Shown: piece by piece, positions 1 through 12,640 of the stretch
Numbering within the stretch: the first letter of the stretch is position 1
Layout: the number at the start of each line of letters is the position of its first letter
DNA from: Fistulifera solaris
Taxonomy: Eukaryota
Reading direction: 5' to 3'
Assembly (NCBI GenBank): GCA_030295235.1
Contig: AP026180.1
Coordinates: 124,001 to 188,000 of the forward strand
Length of the DNA stretch: 64,000 bases
The notes under the pieces: model-generated
Databases searched by the model: none
What the model was told of the DNA's origin: nothing
The model's input: the letters and a program-made list of their open reading frames with translations, nothing else
Program-made: the position numbers and the translations under genes

Positions 1-856
1 CTCCGACTGTAGGCTTGCAAGGACGCGTCGGTCGGTTCCGCAAACCCAATGTTTTCAAACGTCTCGACACGGTTCACGAGCCGATACATGTACGAACGCC
101 AAAGGACTTGTTTCGTCCATTCCTTATGACTCCAGGACCGCGGTATACGGCGTGGATTGTCTGTTTGTTTGTCGCTCGACGAAAAGAATAACTCCAAGAT
201 GGACGCTTTGAGAAAAATGGTGCCCCGGTCGAGCTCCCGATAGACATTGCAAAACGAATGACGGGACATTCGTTCATTCAAAGAATACGGAAAATTTTCC
301 GGATACTGCGTCTTTCGTTCCCACATTCGTTGTCGTTCGTACGCAAAAGATAAAATTGCAGAATGTGCAGTGACACGTGAGCGGAAAAAATTCCCGGAAT
401 GAACGATGCCTCGTGTTGAAAGACTTTTGTTCAAGTCCTTGCAAGCCAAATAAACAGTTTGTTCGTCGAATGTCTTGTGCCTCTGTTGAATAGTTGGTTC
501 TCTTTGGTATATCGATCATCGTCATCCGAAGGAGTTCGTCATCATCCGCTTCGATGGCAGTTTCCTCATCGCCGTCATCATAAATGATACTAACAAAGGA
601 GCCTTCAACAAACTCTACCGTTCCATAGAAGTAAACGCCATCGAATTTCTGAATCCGAAAATCGCGTAAGTTTCGATTGCAAGCAGAGCGCAAAACTCGC
701 TGAAAGATAAAACAACTCGCCTACCTTTTTGATTCTTTGACCGAATTGAAACGTAGGATAAGGTAACTCGCGTTTGAGGACAATGGGGCGGGATAATACC
801 TCGTCGGCGTGTACACGAGGAAGCTGAGCATCGGAAGGATGCTTACTTGTTGACAT
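1..856 (-). CDS. Tudor-like domain + aGPT-PPlase1 / 5-hmdU DNA kinase helical domain protein (3' end beyond window)
   Basis: ATG at 856. GT-AG intron 649-724 joins GQRIKK|KFDGVYFYGTVEFVEGSFVSIIYDDGDEE (Tudor-like). After apparent frameshift(s) at ~350-540, a frame open to base 1 reads AYERQRMWERK...PYSLNERMSRHSFCNVYRELDRGT...LWRSYMYRLVNRVETF. Confidence 0.7.
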
Positions 857-949
857 GCTTAGTACCTAATTGCAAAAATGGAAATGCAAGGCAAACACCG
901 CGCACCCCGCCATCATCGTCGTCTTTATTTTCCGGCGTCAAAACTTTCC

Positions 950-2110
950 ATGAGACGTTGGATTTTCACTATAACGCAGAGTGTTGGTTCAAGCCAACCC
1001 AGACTGAATTGCAGTTATGAACCGAACAATAAAGGGTTCCGTTTTGCGCCTGTCGCGTCCATCAAATCTTATTCACATGAGAATAAAAATATTAGTTCGG
1101 GTAAATAGAGTCGCAGCAATGATTCTAGTGTTTCTTCGATTTTTCACCTCGAAAAACCAACGCATCGACAACGTGGATTTTCACTATGACGCGGAGTGTT
1201 GGTTTACGCTAACGAAGACTGGATTGCAACCATGAACCGAACAATAAAGGGTTCCGTTTTGCGCCTCTCGCGTCCATCCAATCTCAATCACATGAAAATA
1301 AAAATATTAGTTCGGGTAAATAGAGTCGCAGCAATGATTCTAGTGTTTCTTCAATTTTTCACCTCGAAAAGCCAACGCATCGACACCTTGAATTTTCACT
1401 ATAAGACGGAGTGTTGGTTTACGCTAACGAAGACTGGATTGCAGTCATGAACCAAACAATAAAGGGTTCCGTTTTGCGCCTGTCGCGTCCATCCAATCTT
1501 ACTCACTTGAGAATAAAAATATTAGTTCGGGTAAATAGAGTCGCAGCAATGATTCTAGTGTTTCTTCAATTTTTCACCTCGAAAAACCAACGCATCGACA
1601 ACGTGGATTTTCACTATAAGACGGAGTGCTGGTTTACGCTAACGAAGACTGGATTGCAACCATGAACCGAACAACAAAGGGTTCCGTTTTGCGCCTGTCG
1701 CGTCCATCCAAATCTCAATCACATGAAAATAAAAATATTAGTTCGGGTAAATAGAGTCGCAGCAATGATTCTAGTGTTTCTTCAATTTTTCACCTCGAAA
1801 AACCGACGGATCGACACCTTGAATTTTCACTATAAGACGGAGTGTTGGTTTACGCTAACGAAGACTGGATTGCAACCATGAACCGAACAACAAAGGGTTC
1901 CGTTTTGCGCCTTTCGCATCCGTTCAATGTCATTCGAATAAAATTATAATTACGGGTATATAGAATTGCGATAATTATGATTTTGAACGATATGTGCAAA
2001 GTTTCTTATAAGTTTTTCACCTCGAAAATCCAATTATTGCCACCTTGAATTTTACTATAAGACGGAGTGTTGGTTTACGCTAACCAAGACTGGATTGCAG
2101 TCATGAAACA
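950..2110. repeat. 215-bp tandem repeat, ~5.3 copies
   Basis: The motif ATGAACC(G/A)AACA recurs at 1017, 1232, 1447, 1662 and 1878, with a diverged copy at 2103. The terminal copies are degenerate. Confidence 0.97.
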
Positions 2111-2184
2111 CAATTGCAATTGGTTTTGTGTTGCGATGCCTTTCACAAAACGAAAACGTCGCCTTTGACATCAAAACATTACCA

Positions 2185-3069
2185 ATGTCGACTCCATTAC
2201 CATCCTTTGTTCGTCCTACGATACTAAATGAAATCAATAAACAGGTGGTTCGTCGAAAACTAGCGCGGCAACGTCATTGCATTATTGAACAAGGCATTCA
2301 ACCGGATTATTTGGACTCGCTCTTTCCTCCACTCTTGGAACTGTTTGAACCTCAGTCCGTACAATACAATGGAGGTATTGCGGGGGTCAAAGATTGGAAA
2401 ATATCATGTTATCTAGAAGTCATGCCAGGTGGTGTTCCTACGACAGAGCCCAATGTAGAGTTACTGCAATTGTTTTTGCCCTTGTTGGAGGCATGCAATT
2501 CACTGTTCTGTCACTGGTATCGTCAACAACATGCTTGTAATCACAAAAGCAACAATAAAACTCCGGATGTGCAATGTGAGCGTCTGATGACGTTTATCAC
2601 TCGATACACTCCTGCTCCGGGAGAACAAGCTTTGTTGAAAGTGCGTACCGAGCCGAATACTCGTTGGTATACTATCCTCATCAGCCTCTCAACAACTCTC
2701 TTTTTGTATCGGTAGCACGTCGACGGAGCAGGCAAAGTAGATGGATCGATTGTAGTGGCCTTGCCCATAGATCGATGGTCACCGGGAGGTGATCATTCGT
2801 TTGAAGGAGGCGGGTTGACCTTTTGGGATGGCAAGGGAAGTGATGGTAAACCACTCGAGACACATTATGACACAAGATCCGGCGATATTGCCTTTATCGA
2901 TCGGTGCGTTAATAAAAATGCGGTTTCGTTCATTTGAAAGCAAGTAAAACCCACTCACGAACGGCTTTCTTGTTCTTCTTCTTTGAATCGCAGCGCGGTG
3001 TGGCATCAGGCCGATCCTATTACGAAGGGAACACGCTGGGCACTAGTGATTTTCTACAAAGTGCTTTGA
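2185..3069 (+). CDS. 2-oxoglutarate/Fe(II)-dependent dioxygenase (prolyl-hydroxylase-like)
   Basis: Introns 2641-2715 and 2904-2993. The spliced product has RYTP...LLK|HVDG (HxD), FEGGGLTF and WHQADPITKGTRWALVIF (distal His plus 2OG-binding Arg). Confidence 0.85.
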
Positions 3070-3311
3070 TGAATGATGTCATGGAAGTAGACTATAGAGA
3101 GTATAATCCTTGAAAGAGAGTGCAGCTTGAATCAAGGACGTAGAAATAGACTTGAATTGCCTTAGTAGCAATTGGCAATCTGCTAGAGCTATCCTATCAA
3201 CAGTTCAGGCGACACCATAGATAAGTGAGCTAGATCAATGTGGGAGGAATAGCAACGAACTGGTCTATAAATTTAGCACGAGTTTATGCTACGCAGTTAG
3301 TAATAATTTGT

Positions 3312-3972
3312 TTATTCCCATCCGGCCTCCGAGGAACTGATCACATAAGCGGCAACATTGGCAATCTCATCATCACCTAGACGTCCGCCGAAAGCAGGCA
3401 TGGCGTTCTTTCCGTTGGTGACTTGGTTGATGACGGCCTTCTCGTTTCGGCCACCGGCCAAGTATTGCTCCAAGGCCTCCTTTTCAAGGGTCTTCTCGGG
3501 CATGATCACGTTTTGTCCTCCGGCGTGGCAAGCGGCGCAGTTGGCGTTGAAGACTTGTTCTCCGGCGGCAACATCGGCAGCGAAGACGGGTTGGGTGGCG
3601 ATGACCGCCGCAGCACCAATGGTGGCGGCACCTTGGGCAGCCTGTTGAGAATAGTAGCGATCATAGAGCGTGAGATATCGAGACATTCAATTGTTGATAA
3701 ACGAAAGAACAAATGCAATGTCAAGATGTTGTTGAAAGAAAAAAGCCTTTGTTGATTCACGGTTCGAGTTGGCACGAGCCAAGCACGAGGTAACGGACGG
3801 AGAAAGCGTGCATACGTTTTTCCCAAGCGCTCGCTCTTGCAGAGACGCAACCTGTTGCGGAAGGATCGGCTTTTGCTTTCCGGAACGCGATTGGTGACAT
3901 CTGGAAACTTACCTGCTTAATAGAGAAAGCCGAAGCACTGGCGAGAAGGGAGGCAACAATAGCGATCTTCAT
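3312..3972 (-). CDS. petJ: Cytochrome c6, plastid/thylakoid-lumen targeted
   Basis: Exon 1 is [20 protein letters not shown], followed by intron 3642-3912. Mature part: [21 protein letters not shown] (CxxCH) and [12 protein letters not shown]. Confidence 0.97.
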
Positions 3973-4699
3973 TTTATTGATTATTGTATTGTATTGGTGT
4001 TGATTGCGGTCGTTTTGACGAAAGTGTGTCTTTTTTCTCGACGTCTGTGTTGAGAAAGCACGGTCAAGAGAAGGTCGAACGTAAGGAACGGCGAACGGCG
4101 ACTGACGAAAGTTGAATGTATCTTTTGGATTTGGCGTTCCGACGGAATCTTGCCATCTTTCCGTGAAGAGCAATGGTCTTTCTTCAAGTAAAAAGGTAAA
4201 TCCGAGCTGTAGAATCTTTTAGAGTGTACCAAACGCGTCCGTCACGCGCAGGATACGTCCGCTGCTTCTACGAACACCACCGCTGCTCGGAGACGTCAAA
4301 GGTTGTCAAAAGGATCTTGCCATCGGAAAGGACAACGAGCATTTCAGATTCCAGATTCCATGATGACGTCGGCTTTGAAAGCACCCGGTCGCCGACGACA
4401 GACGACAGACGATCAGAAGTCTGAGATTCATGACTCATGACTGAATTACAGTCGTGGTAAAATGAGAAGACACTTTGGGCTGATAGTCAACAGAAAGGGC
4501 GTACGACTGACAGATATTAGAAATTAAGTGTCGCACGTCTCGCTTCTCCGTTGTGTTCTTGTTCTCAAACTCAAACTGCACCGTCTATTTTATTCCGTAT
4601 TTTTTATTGCTGTTACTGGTAATAAAAGCAATAGCAATCGATTCTCCGTCTTTTCTCCTTTTCTTTTCGCATTAAAAAACTCATAACACCTAATCAGCG

Positions 4700-5698
4700 A
4701 TGAAACAAGCGGATGAACCAAAATGGCGCGACGATCCTGTCGAGTCGTTTAGTGACTGGAAAATAGAAATTTCGAGCGACCGTCGAGAATGTAACACCTA
4801 TTTTGTACACAAGACGTTTCTAGCACACGGCTCCCGACGAAGTGAATACTTTTCACGATTGTTTCGCAGTGAAACGAGCTTTAAAGAAAGTCAATCGAAT
4901 ACCAGTCAAATCGAGCTTGATCCGATCGCAGCCGACGCCTTTCCGACCCTTTTGGACTACGTCTACGGTTCCGAGTTGAGTATTGTGGAAGAAAACGCGA
5001 CCGCCTTGCATCATTTGGGAGAATACTTTGAAATCGATCCGTTGCAAGAAGCTTCCTTGGAATTCTGTCAGCAGAATATGTCACTGGAGAATTTGCATCT
5101 TTATTACGTGGCTGCCAAACAACTCTGCAATGAGCCCGTCATGACTCTCGTTACGGACTGTTTAAGGGCCCATATGGATGACGTTCTACCCACGCATTCG
5201 ATTGTCGAGCAATCCCATCCTCAGTTATGGATCGAAGCGTTGGGACTGGACCAAGGAAACAAACGGTGCAACATTTACGATACAAGCGATCTGAGTCTGG
5301 TCATAGCGAAAATGTGCATGAGTCAAAGCGAAGAAACGCTGGATGCGAAAACGTTTTATACGCTTGTCAATGCTCTGACGATGGTACATCCGGGCGCGGC
5401 CTTGGATTTATGTGAATTGGCGGATCGCTATCGCCTGGATGATGCCAATCACGGCGCTATTTCTGGTCTCGCCTTATTTCAGGAACGATGCGCCAGCACT
5501 TTGGCTAATCAATGGAAAGATTTGCATAGCATGGATGATTTGCAGATAGAAAAGATGTTGCAAAGAAGTCCGGAGTTCCTTGTGAGCCTTCTCATGCAGT
5601 CGTCGAAGCGAGCATCACGAGACGTGGATAGACTGTCGACGGAACTTGTTCATAGTGAAAAGCTCTTGATTGCGGCACAAAAGATACAGTGGCGATAA
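4700..5698 (+). CDS. BTB/POZ domain protein, array copy 1 (intact)
   Basis: WRDDPVESFSDWKIEI...YFVHKTFLAHGSRRSEYFSRLF...AFPTLLDYVYG...ATALHHLGEYF. Confidence 0.85.
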   Translation: MKQADEPKWRDDPVESFSDWKIEISSDRRECNTYFVHKTFLAHGSRRSEYFSRLFRSETSFKESQSNTSQIELDPIAADAFPTLLDYVYGSELSIVEENATALHHLGEYFEIDPLQEASLEFCQQNMSLENLHLYYVAAKQLCNEPVMTLVTDCLRAHMDDVLPTHSIVEQSHPQLWIEALGLDQGNKRCNIYDTSDLSLVIAKMCMSQSEETLDAKTFYTLVNALTMVHPGAALDLCELADRYRLDDANHGAISGLALFQERCASTLANQWKDLHSMDDLQIEKMLQRSPEFLVSLLMQSSKRASRDVDRLSTELVHSEKLLIAAQKIQWR

Positions 5699-6295
5699 CG
5701 CACGCGATGTAGCTGAAAGAGTACAGTATAGACGATCTCACGCGCCATCGTTCGTGAAGTCTACGAATTACGACTCCCTATTGCGTACGTATGAGAATAC
5801 CGGCGAGTTTATTGATGGCAGTAACAAGAAGCGATACGGGCTGAGACAGTTTCCTTGTGAGTCAGATGTACAGCAACGCCGGTATTGTGTTATTACAGTG
5901 CTACAGCGAGTGTTCGAGCAAGGTCTTTCAATATTTGTAAAAGCTCACCGTTCTGGCGCGTTTCATCTGCGAAATTACCAAACCAACATTTTGAAAGCTT
6001 TCGGCAAAAGATCATTTACAGCATAACGTAGAATTGAACGTTGAAACGTAGCTTAGCTGTAGATGCTCGCTTTACACGGTCTCTAGTAACTTTTGAACTA
6101 AAGAGCTAAGCTTATTATCAAAATTTTACTGCGCGTCTGGGATTTTTTTTGGTTTTGGGTTTGCAAAAAAAATCTTTGCCGATTTTGCCGACACAGCAAT
6201 GACATTGGGCTGTGTTCGCGTATTTTCCTTTTCTTATCTCTTACGAAAACAAACCAACGATGGTGACGTCTTTGATGAATGGCGTTGAAGATAAG

Positions 6296-7261
6296 ATGGA
6301 GGTAGAGACGACTTCGACCAAAATGGCGTGACGACCCGGCCGAATCGTTTAGCGACTGGAAAATAGAAATCGTTGTGGAAGAGGGTGATAGCAAGTACAG
6401 CCAAATTTATCACGTTCACAAGACCTTTCTGGCACACGGTCCCAGGCGTCGGCGAATACTTCACGAAGCTCTTGCGAAGCGAAGAGGTTTTCAAAGAGAA
6501 TCATTCTGGCATCAGTCAGATCACACTCGATCCCCTCTCCGCTAAAGCGTTTCCGATTCTCTTAGACTACGTTTACGGCTTCAATCATAGTATCACGACA
6601 GAAACGGCCACCGCATTGGATTATCTGGGAGACTATTTCGGAAACAGTGAACTACAAACCTTTTCTATCCAATTCGGATATAAAGATATGTCGTTAGACA
6701 ACGTGCATGTATACTATGCTCATGCAGAGGAGCTATGCAATGAGGTAATCATGGATGTGATCTACATGTTTCTCAAAAAGCACATTAACAATGTTCTTCC
6801 GACCCATCCTATTGTGGAATGCTCTAATCCTCACCTATGGACCATTGTTTTGGGCGTTAGCACAATCAGACGCTTCGAGCGCATTTCAATCTTTCTTTAC
6901 GACTCATATCCGTTGGCAAGGGTCATTGAGAAGGTCTGCAAGCGTCATAAAGACACTTTGGATATTGCCACGTTTGCGGCGCTCACGGATCTGCTGATTT
7001 CCGTCCCTCCCAGCATTGGCGCTGAGTTTTCTCGAGCTGATTACCCAGTTTGGTGATTCCGAGGAAGCCGAAACTTTATTAGGGCTTTTCAAAGTTCGCT
7101 GTATGAGTTCGATAACGAGAGGCTGGGAAGCTTTGCTCCATTTGGATGATGAACAGCTCGGAATACTGAAACAAAAAAGCCCCGAAGTTTCTTCTCGACC
7201 TAATGCTGAAGTCTTTAAAGGAGGCATCCTTGGATTTGCAGCAGGCCATGAGAAGGGCTGA
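6296..7261 (+). CDS. BTB/POZ protein, copy 2 (frameshifted)
   Basis: KWRDDPAESFSDWKIEI, YHVHKTFLAHG and AFPILLDYVYG are spread over several frames. Confidence 0.75.
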
Positions 7262-7665
7262 GGGGGATTATTGAAGTGAAAGTTTGACTTGATTGGAAGT
7301 AAAATTAGGTTGATTTAACCATTCGGCCACGTTAAATAATAGTGACTCGAATACGGGACTGGAATTATTAGTCCCGTTCATCGTAAACTAACTCTAAATC
7401 CTACAGTATACTTAAACCTCGTAGTGGTACCATTATACTGTTTAGAACAGTGTCTTAATCTTGTGTTTGTCCGTTGAGATAACGCTTCCTCAATGTCACA
7501 TGTCGTCGTTACTACGTACCAGTACTGTACAGGTCCAACGCCTGCCCGCCCTCGCGCACCTTAAACAATTTTTTGCGTTTGGTTTGACAAACAGTTGACA
7601 CAACAACATAATCTGCCATCCGTCATCTATTGCTGTTTAAGGCAAGAACTGCAACGAAGTTGACG

Positions 7666-8649
7666 ATGGTAGATAGTTCTGTGGATCAATTGAAGGCGTG
7701 TAACAGACTCAAGTGGCGTGAATCGTTTAGCGACTGGAAGATCGAAATTGTTTCGGACGATGGTGATAGCAAATGCAGCCAAACGTATCATGTTCACAAG
7801 ACGTTTCTGGCGCACGGGCCCAGACGAAGCGAGTACTTTTGTAAGTTGTTGAGCAGCCGAAGATCGCTTCAAAAGAAATCAAATGAATACAAGTCGCATC
7901 GAGCTCCATCCTCTCAGCGGCTAAAGCATTCCCCGTTCTCCTTGATTTCGTCTACGGTTTCGATCACAGCATCACAACAGAAACGGCACCTGCCATACGC
8001 TATTTGGGAGAATGTTTTGAAATCAGAGCGACTCGAAAGTTCTTTTCCGGGTTCTTCAAGAAGGATATATCATTAGCAAATTTGCATGTCTACTACTCTC
8101 ATGCACAATAACTTGGCGACAAGCCACTCATGAAGACTGTTTCTGTCTATCTGGCGACTCGTTTTCGAAGTCTCCTCCCCGAACATCCTATCGTGGTACA
8201 GTCCACGCCTCAGCTATGGCTTCAAGTTTTCGATCTAAGAAAAAACAGATTCTCGAAACCGTTTTTTGCCATCGAAAACTTTCTCAAAGATCATCGCAAC
8301 AATGGGTATGAATCAGAAGGAAAAGTTAGATGTTCCGTCCTTTCTCGAACTCGTTGATAAGCTCGTATTCATCGAACCATCGGCGGCGCTGATGTTCTTT
8401 GAGATTATCGACTTTGCTTCGACAATCACGACCGATAATCTCTTGAGATACCGCCTCAAAGTTTTTAAAGAGCGATGCACGGAAGCTTTGTCGAAAAACT
8501 GGCATCTTATGTTGGGTTTGGATGATATTCAGCTAGAAAAGATGAAACAGAAAGGACCGGATTTCCTGATGAAGGTCATGATGGGGTCGTTAAAGAAAGC
8601 AGCAGAAGACTACCAGCGGGGTCGCAAGAGAGCACGCGAGGGACACTAA
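7666..8649 (+). CDS. BTB/POZ protein, copy 3 (frameshifted, possibly pseudogene)
   Basis: KWRESFSDWKIEI and YHVHKTFLAHGPRRSEYFCKLL; the C-terminal part lies in ORF 8266-8649. Confidence 0.75.
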
Positions 8650-9355
8650 ATTGGTATTCATTCAGTGCAATGACAAAATCTATATTCAAATCACAGGAGG
8701 CTGCGCACAGTTCATATTTGCAGCCAAATGGAGAACAGTCTGTAGCTTGGAGCGAGGGGAAAGGCTACTGTAGAGACACATTCTATCTACTGTCGTGGAT
8801 CTAGGAAAGATCAGTAACGATTCAATTTCAAAATTGAAAAATAAAACAATTGAATTGTATTTCAATGAAGTACTGCATCTAGAGCTACTACTGTACGTAG
8901 ACTTGCTTTAGTTCTATCAACCATATCACCAAATCTGAACCAATCCGAGTTTTACTATGTGCCGGATCGTTCTTTATCCGTCTTACCAGAAGTGGCTGCT
9001 TTGTTCTTCTTTGTATTTAGTGGCCCAAAATCGCTCTCAACTCAGCGTGGCAATAGCTTGGGCTCGATCCATGGAAAGAAGTTAATTAAGTCGAACTCTA
9101 CGCGTGACTCAGCAGGCGGGACCGCTCATCAGCGTCATCACATCGCATACCAGTATCTTGCAATCATCAATCATAAAAGCTCGTTTTTGTTTCCATTGCT
9201 ATTATGCTTATGCTGCATCAATAGTAGGTTATGCCTTCGCTGCACCAATTATCCTGTTGAGAACTGGCCCGTCAGTTTCTGCTATTCCTTGCCGTTCGCG
9301 AAGCTCTAAAGTTTACAAGTAATACATACAACAAACGTGTGATCCAACTCGATCA

Positions 9356-10315
9356 ATGATGCAAGACGATCAGCCGAAATGGCGCGACGATCCAGTCGAT
9401 TTGTTTAGCGATTGGAAGATTGAGATCATATCCTTTAACGATGAAGGCGTAGAGACAACCGACACATATCACGTGCACAAGAACTTTCTCGCGCGGTTCA
9501 GCGACGAAGCAAATACTTCTTTCGACTCTTTCGGAAGGAAAGCTTCACTGAGAATCAAGCGAGTACGAGTCGAATTGATTTGGATCCCCTAGCAGCTCAA
9601 GCATTTCCTGTTCTTTTGGACTTTGTTTACGGCTCTAATCTTAGTATCACTTCCCAGACGGCTACGGGCGTTGCATCATTTAGGAGAATACTTCGAAATC
9701 AGGCCATTGCAAGACACTTCTTTTGAGTTCTGTCAACATGACATGTCGTTGGATAATTTGCATGCCTATTATGCTTCTGCGAAACAGCTGCACGATGACA
9801 ACGTCATGAATCTGATCGTTGACTATCTGAGGTTGAAGATATCTAAACTCTCCCCGACCAACCCTATCGTGTTGCAATCAAGTCCGGATTTGTGGTTGCG
9901 TGTTCTGGGCTTAGATGATCGTCGTGAAAAGATTGAATTCAAAGATACTATTCTATTGAGCCAGATCATCGCCAAGATGTGCATGAGTCAAAGCGAAGCC
10001 CGATGGACGCAAAAACATTTTATACTTTCACGAATCTTCTGACTTCCATTCATTCAAACGCTGGCTCTGGATTTGTGTGAATTGGATGACCGCTACTCCC
10101 TCGGTGATGACGATGATGAGTCTGACCTTTCCGCGCTCCAACAACTTTGCGTTGACGCCCTTTCCGCCAATTGGACAGATAGGAACAAGTGGAACGATGA
10201 GCAGTTTGACAAAATGAAATACAGAAAACCAAAATTTATCGTAAAAGTTCTCAGGCAGACGGTGAGTGATGCGACCTCAAAATTACCTAGAAAGTCGCAC
10301 TATGCAGATTATTGA
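9356..10315 (+). CDS. BTB/POZ protein, copy 4 (frameshifted)
   Basis: PKWRDDPVDLFSDWKIEI, YHVHKNFLA, ALHHLGEYFEI. Confidence 0.75.
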
Positions 10316-11025
10316 AAGGAAGGTGTTAGGAAGTGTTTCCTGGAGCCTTTTCATGCAATCTTTGAGGCGATCATCACGAGAGGTAAATAGACTTTTGACT
10401 GGACTTGCCGACAATGAAGAGCTTCGGATTCGCCGCATAAACAATACAGTTTTCGGGCGAAATCAATGCAGATGACATGGTCATAATCGATTCGTGAGCC
10501 AAGTCGTTGCTAAGGTGTGTTCTAAGCTGTACTATTCCAAAATGAAAAGAAAGTGGAACGAACACAACCGTAAAGTAGTGGTGAGAGAAGTCTTCCCGAC
10601 TTTCAAGGCAAGCTTTTCAGAAGCCAAAATTAAAGTTAACTACTTGATCGTTCACGCTTCGACAGATACAACCAAAGCGATATGAAAGAATTACTGCTGT
10701 ATTGGCTGGACCCATTACCACCTACACCTTAGAGCTAAAGGGGAACTTCCTTGAGATCAAGAAGTTGATAACCAACTTTTAGCCACTTGAAAACCGCAAC
10801 GGTACACAATTCCTGTATGTAGCTGTACAGTTCATTCGACAGTTATTTGGAATAGATCCCGTTTGCCGGTGTGGTCGATCTGCAACGACACACAAAAAGC
10901 GTGCGCTGCTCGTTGCTTTCATTATTTGTCGTTCTCTCCGCGTATATTTTCGATTTTGAAATCATCGTCCGGTCATCTCTTCACTAGAAATATTTTTACG
11001 AACAGCAATTTTTGAATAATTGAAA

Positions 11026-12145
11026 ATGGAGCAAGAAGGTCGACCAATGTGGCGCGACGATCCGAGCGAATCGTTTAGCGATTGGACGATCGAGATTGTA
11101 TCACTTCAAGAAAGCAAATACAGCGGTACATATCACGTTCACAGAATCTTTCTGGCGCACGGACCAAAACGAAGCGACTACTTTTCTACATTGATACGAA
11201 GCGAAGATGGCTTTCATGAAAATCAAACGAATACAAGTCGCATTGAGCTCGATAGTCTCGCAGCCGAAGCATTTCCGATTCTTCTTGACTATGTCTACGG
11301 CTTCGGCTTAGAATTAACAACAAAGACAGCCACCGCCCTGCATCATTTGGGTGAATACTTTGGAATCGAGCCGTTGCGACTTCGGTCTCTCGAGTTTTGT
11401 CGAAAGAACATGTCTTTGCATAATTTACATTGCTTCTACTGCCATGCAGAGCGACTGAATGATGCGCCTGTTCTGAAACTCGTCACCGATTACTTGAGGG
11501 ACAAAGTTCGTCCCAGTCACCAAATTGTTGAACGGTCCAAGCCTCAGCTATGGATAGAAGCGCTGGGGCCGGATGAAAACGGTTTGGAACTCTATTTGAC
11601 GACACCGATGAACTTAGCAAAGTCATTTCCAAAGTGTGTTCGAGTCAAAGCGAAGAGACTCTCGATGCAGAAACATTTTGCAAGCTCACGGAAGATCAAC
11701 TTTTTCAGTTGATTTTAGCGTTGCCCTGGATTTATGCGAGTTGGCTGATCGCTATTACGAAAATGCAGACGAGGGTGTTATTTCTCGCCTCCTCAATTTT
11801 CAGGACACGTGCGTTCGCGCATTGGCTAATAACTGGAAACTATTGAGAGACCTGAACGGCGAGCAAGCTACACAACTGTCGGAGCGAAGTGCGGGTACCC
11901 TGGTTGAGCTCTTACTGCACACCGTAGAGAATGCGTGGTGCGAAGTGAGTAAATTGTCGAGTGAGCTTGCTGACTGTAAGAGCATGATACAAGCCACGGA
12001 ATCGCGCGAGTTGTCCGTCGCTAAGGCTGGCGACAAGAGACTTCGACCCCTTTATTACAGCAGTAGCGACGATAACAGTACCGACGAAAGCAATTCCAGC
12101 TCGGACGACAGTTCCGTCGAATCTAGTGAGCGTTTTCATGATTGA
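11026..12145 (+). CDS. BTB/POZ protein, copy 5 (frameshifted near 11.6-11.7 kb, acidic Ser-rich tail)
   Basis: WRDDPSESFSDWTIEI, YHVHRIFLAHGPKRSDYF, AFPILLDYVYG. Confidence 0.8.
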
Positions 12146-12640
12146 GCGATGCGGCAGGGGAACGGCAAGTCCGCGAATTATAAAGCGTAAAGCTCCTGTA
12201 AAAATGAGTTTGTCGACGATAAATTCTTCAAAAACCACAGTATCGGCATTGCGAATCTTGAAAGTAGATCTCTTGTAGCATCATGCACAGTAAATTCACC
12301 GCCCCACTACTAATTGTTCGCAGGTACCGTCAACTGCTATCGAGTGATTATTTGCCAAACGAGCACGATCAACCATGGAGGAGAGAGTTGGACACACCAT
12401 TCCATTTGCGGTGACGCAAAATTATCATTAAATGAAACGTGTCCAAAAAGACGCGTCAAAGTGATAAACTACGAATGGGCCACCTTAACGACAAAAAAAC
12501 GAAACTTCGAAATGTATCCTTGGTGATGGCATTTTGAACATAGGGTAACTAGAAGTCTTGAAAGTTAATAACATCAGCCAAATAATTATGATGTGGTGTC
12601 CGCGTCTTCACGTGCACGCAGAATGTTGGCTAAAAGCGGT

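Noticed and set aside
74..277. Track ORF MNECPVIRF... as the continuation of the left-edge gene
   Set aside because: A different minus-strand frame carries the recognisable FCNVYRELDRG motif and stays open to base 1.
950..2110. Repeated short ORFs in the 215-bp array (likewise 60.5-62 kb and 29.3-31.7 kb)
   Set aside because: The periods are mostly not multiples of three, the ORFs shift frame between copies, and they show no protein-like motifs.
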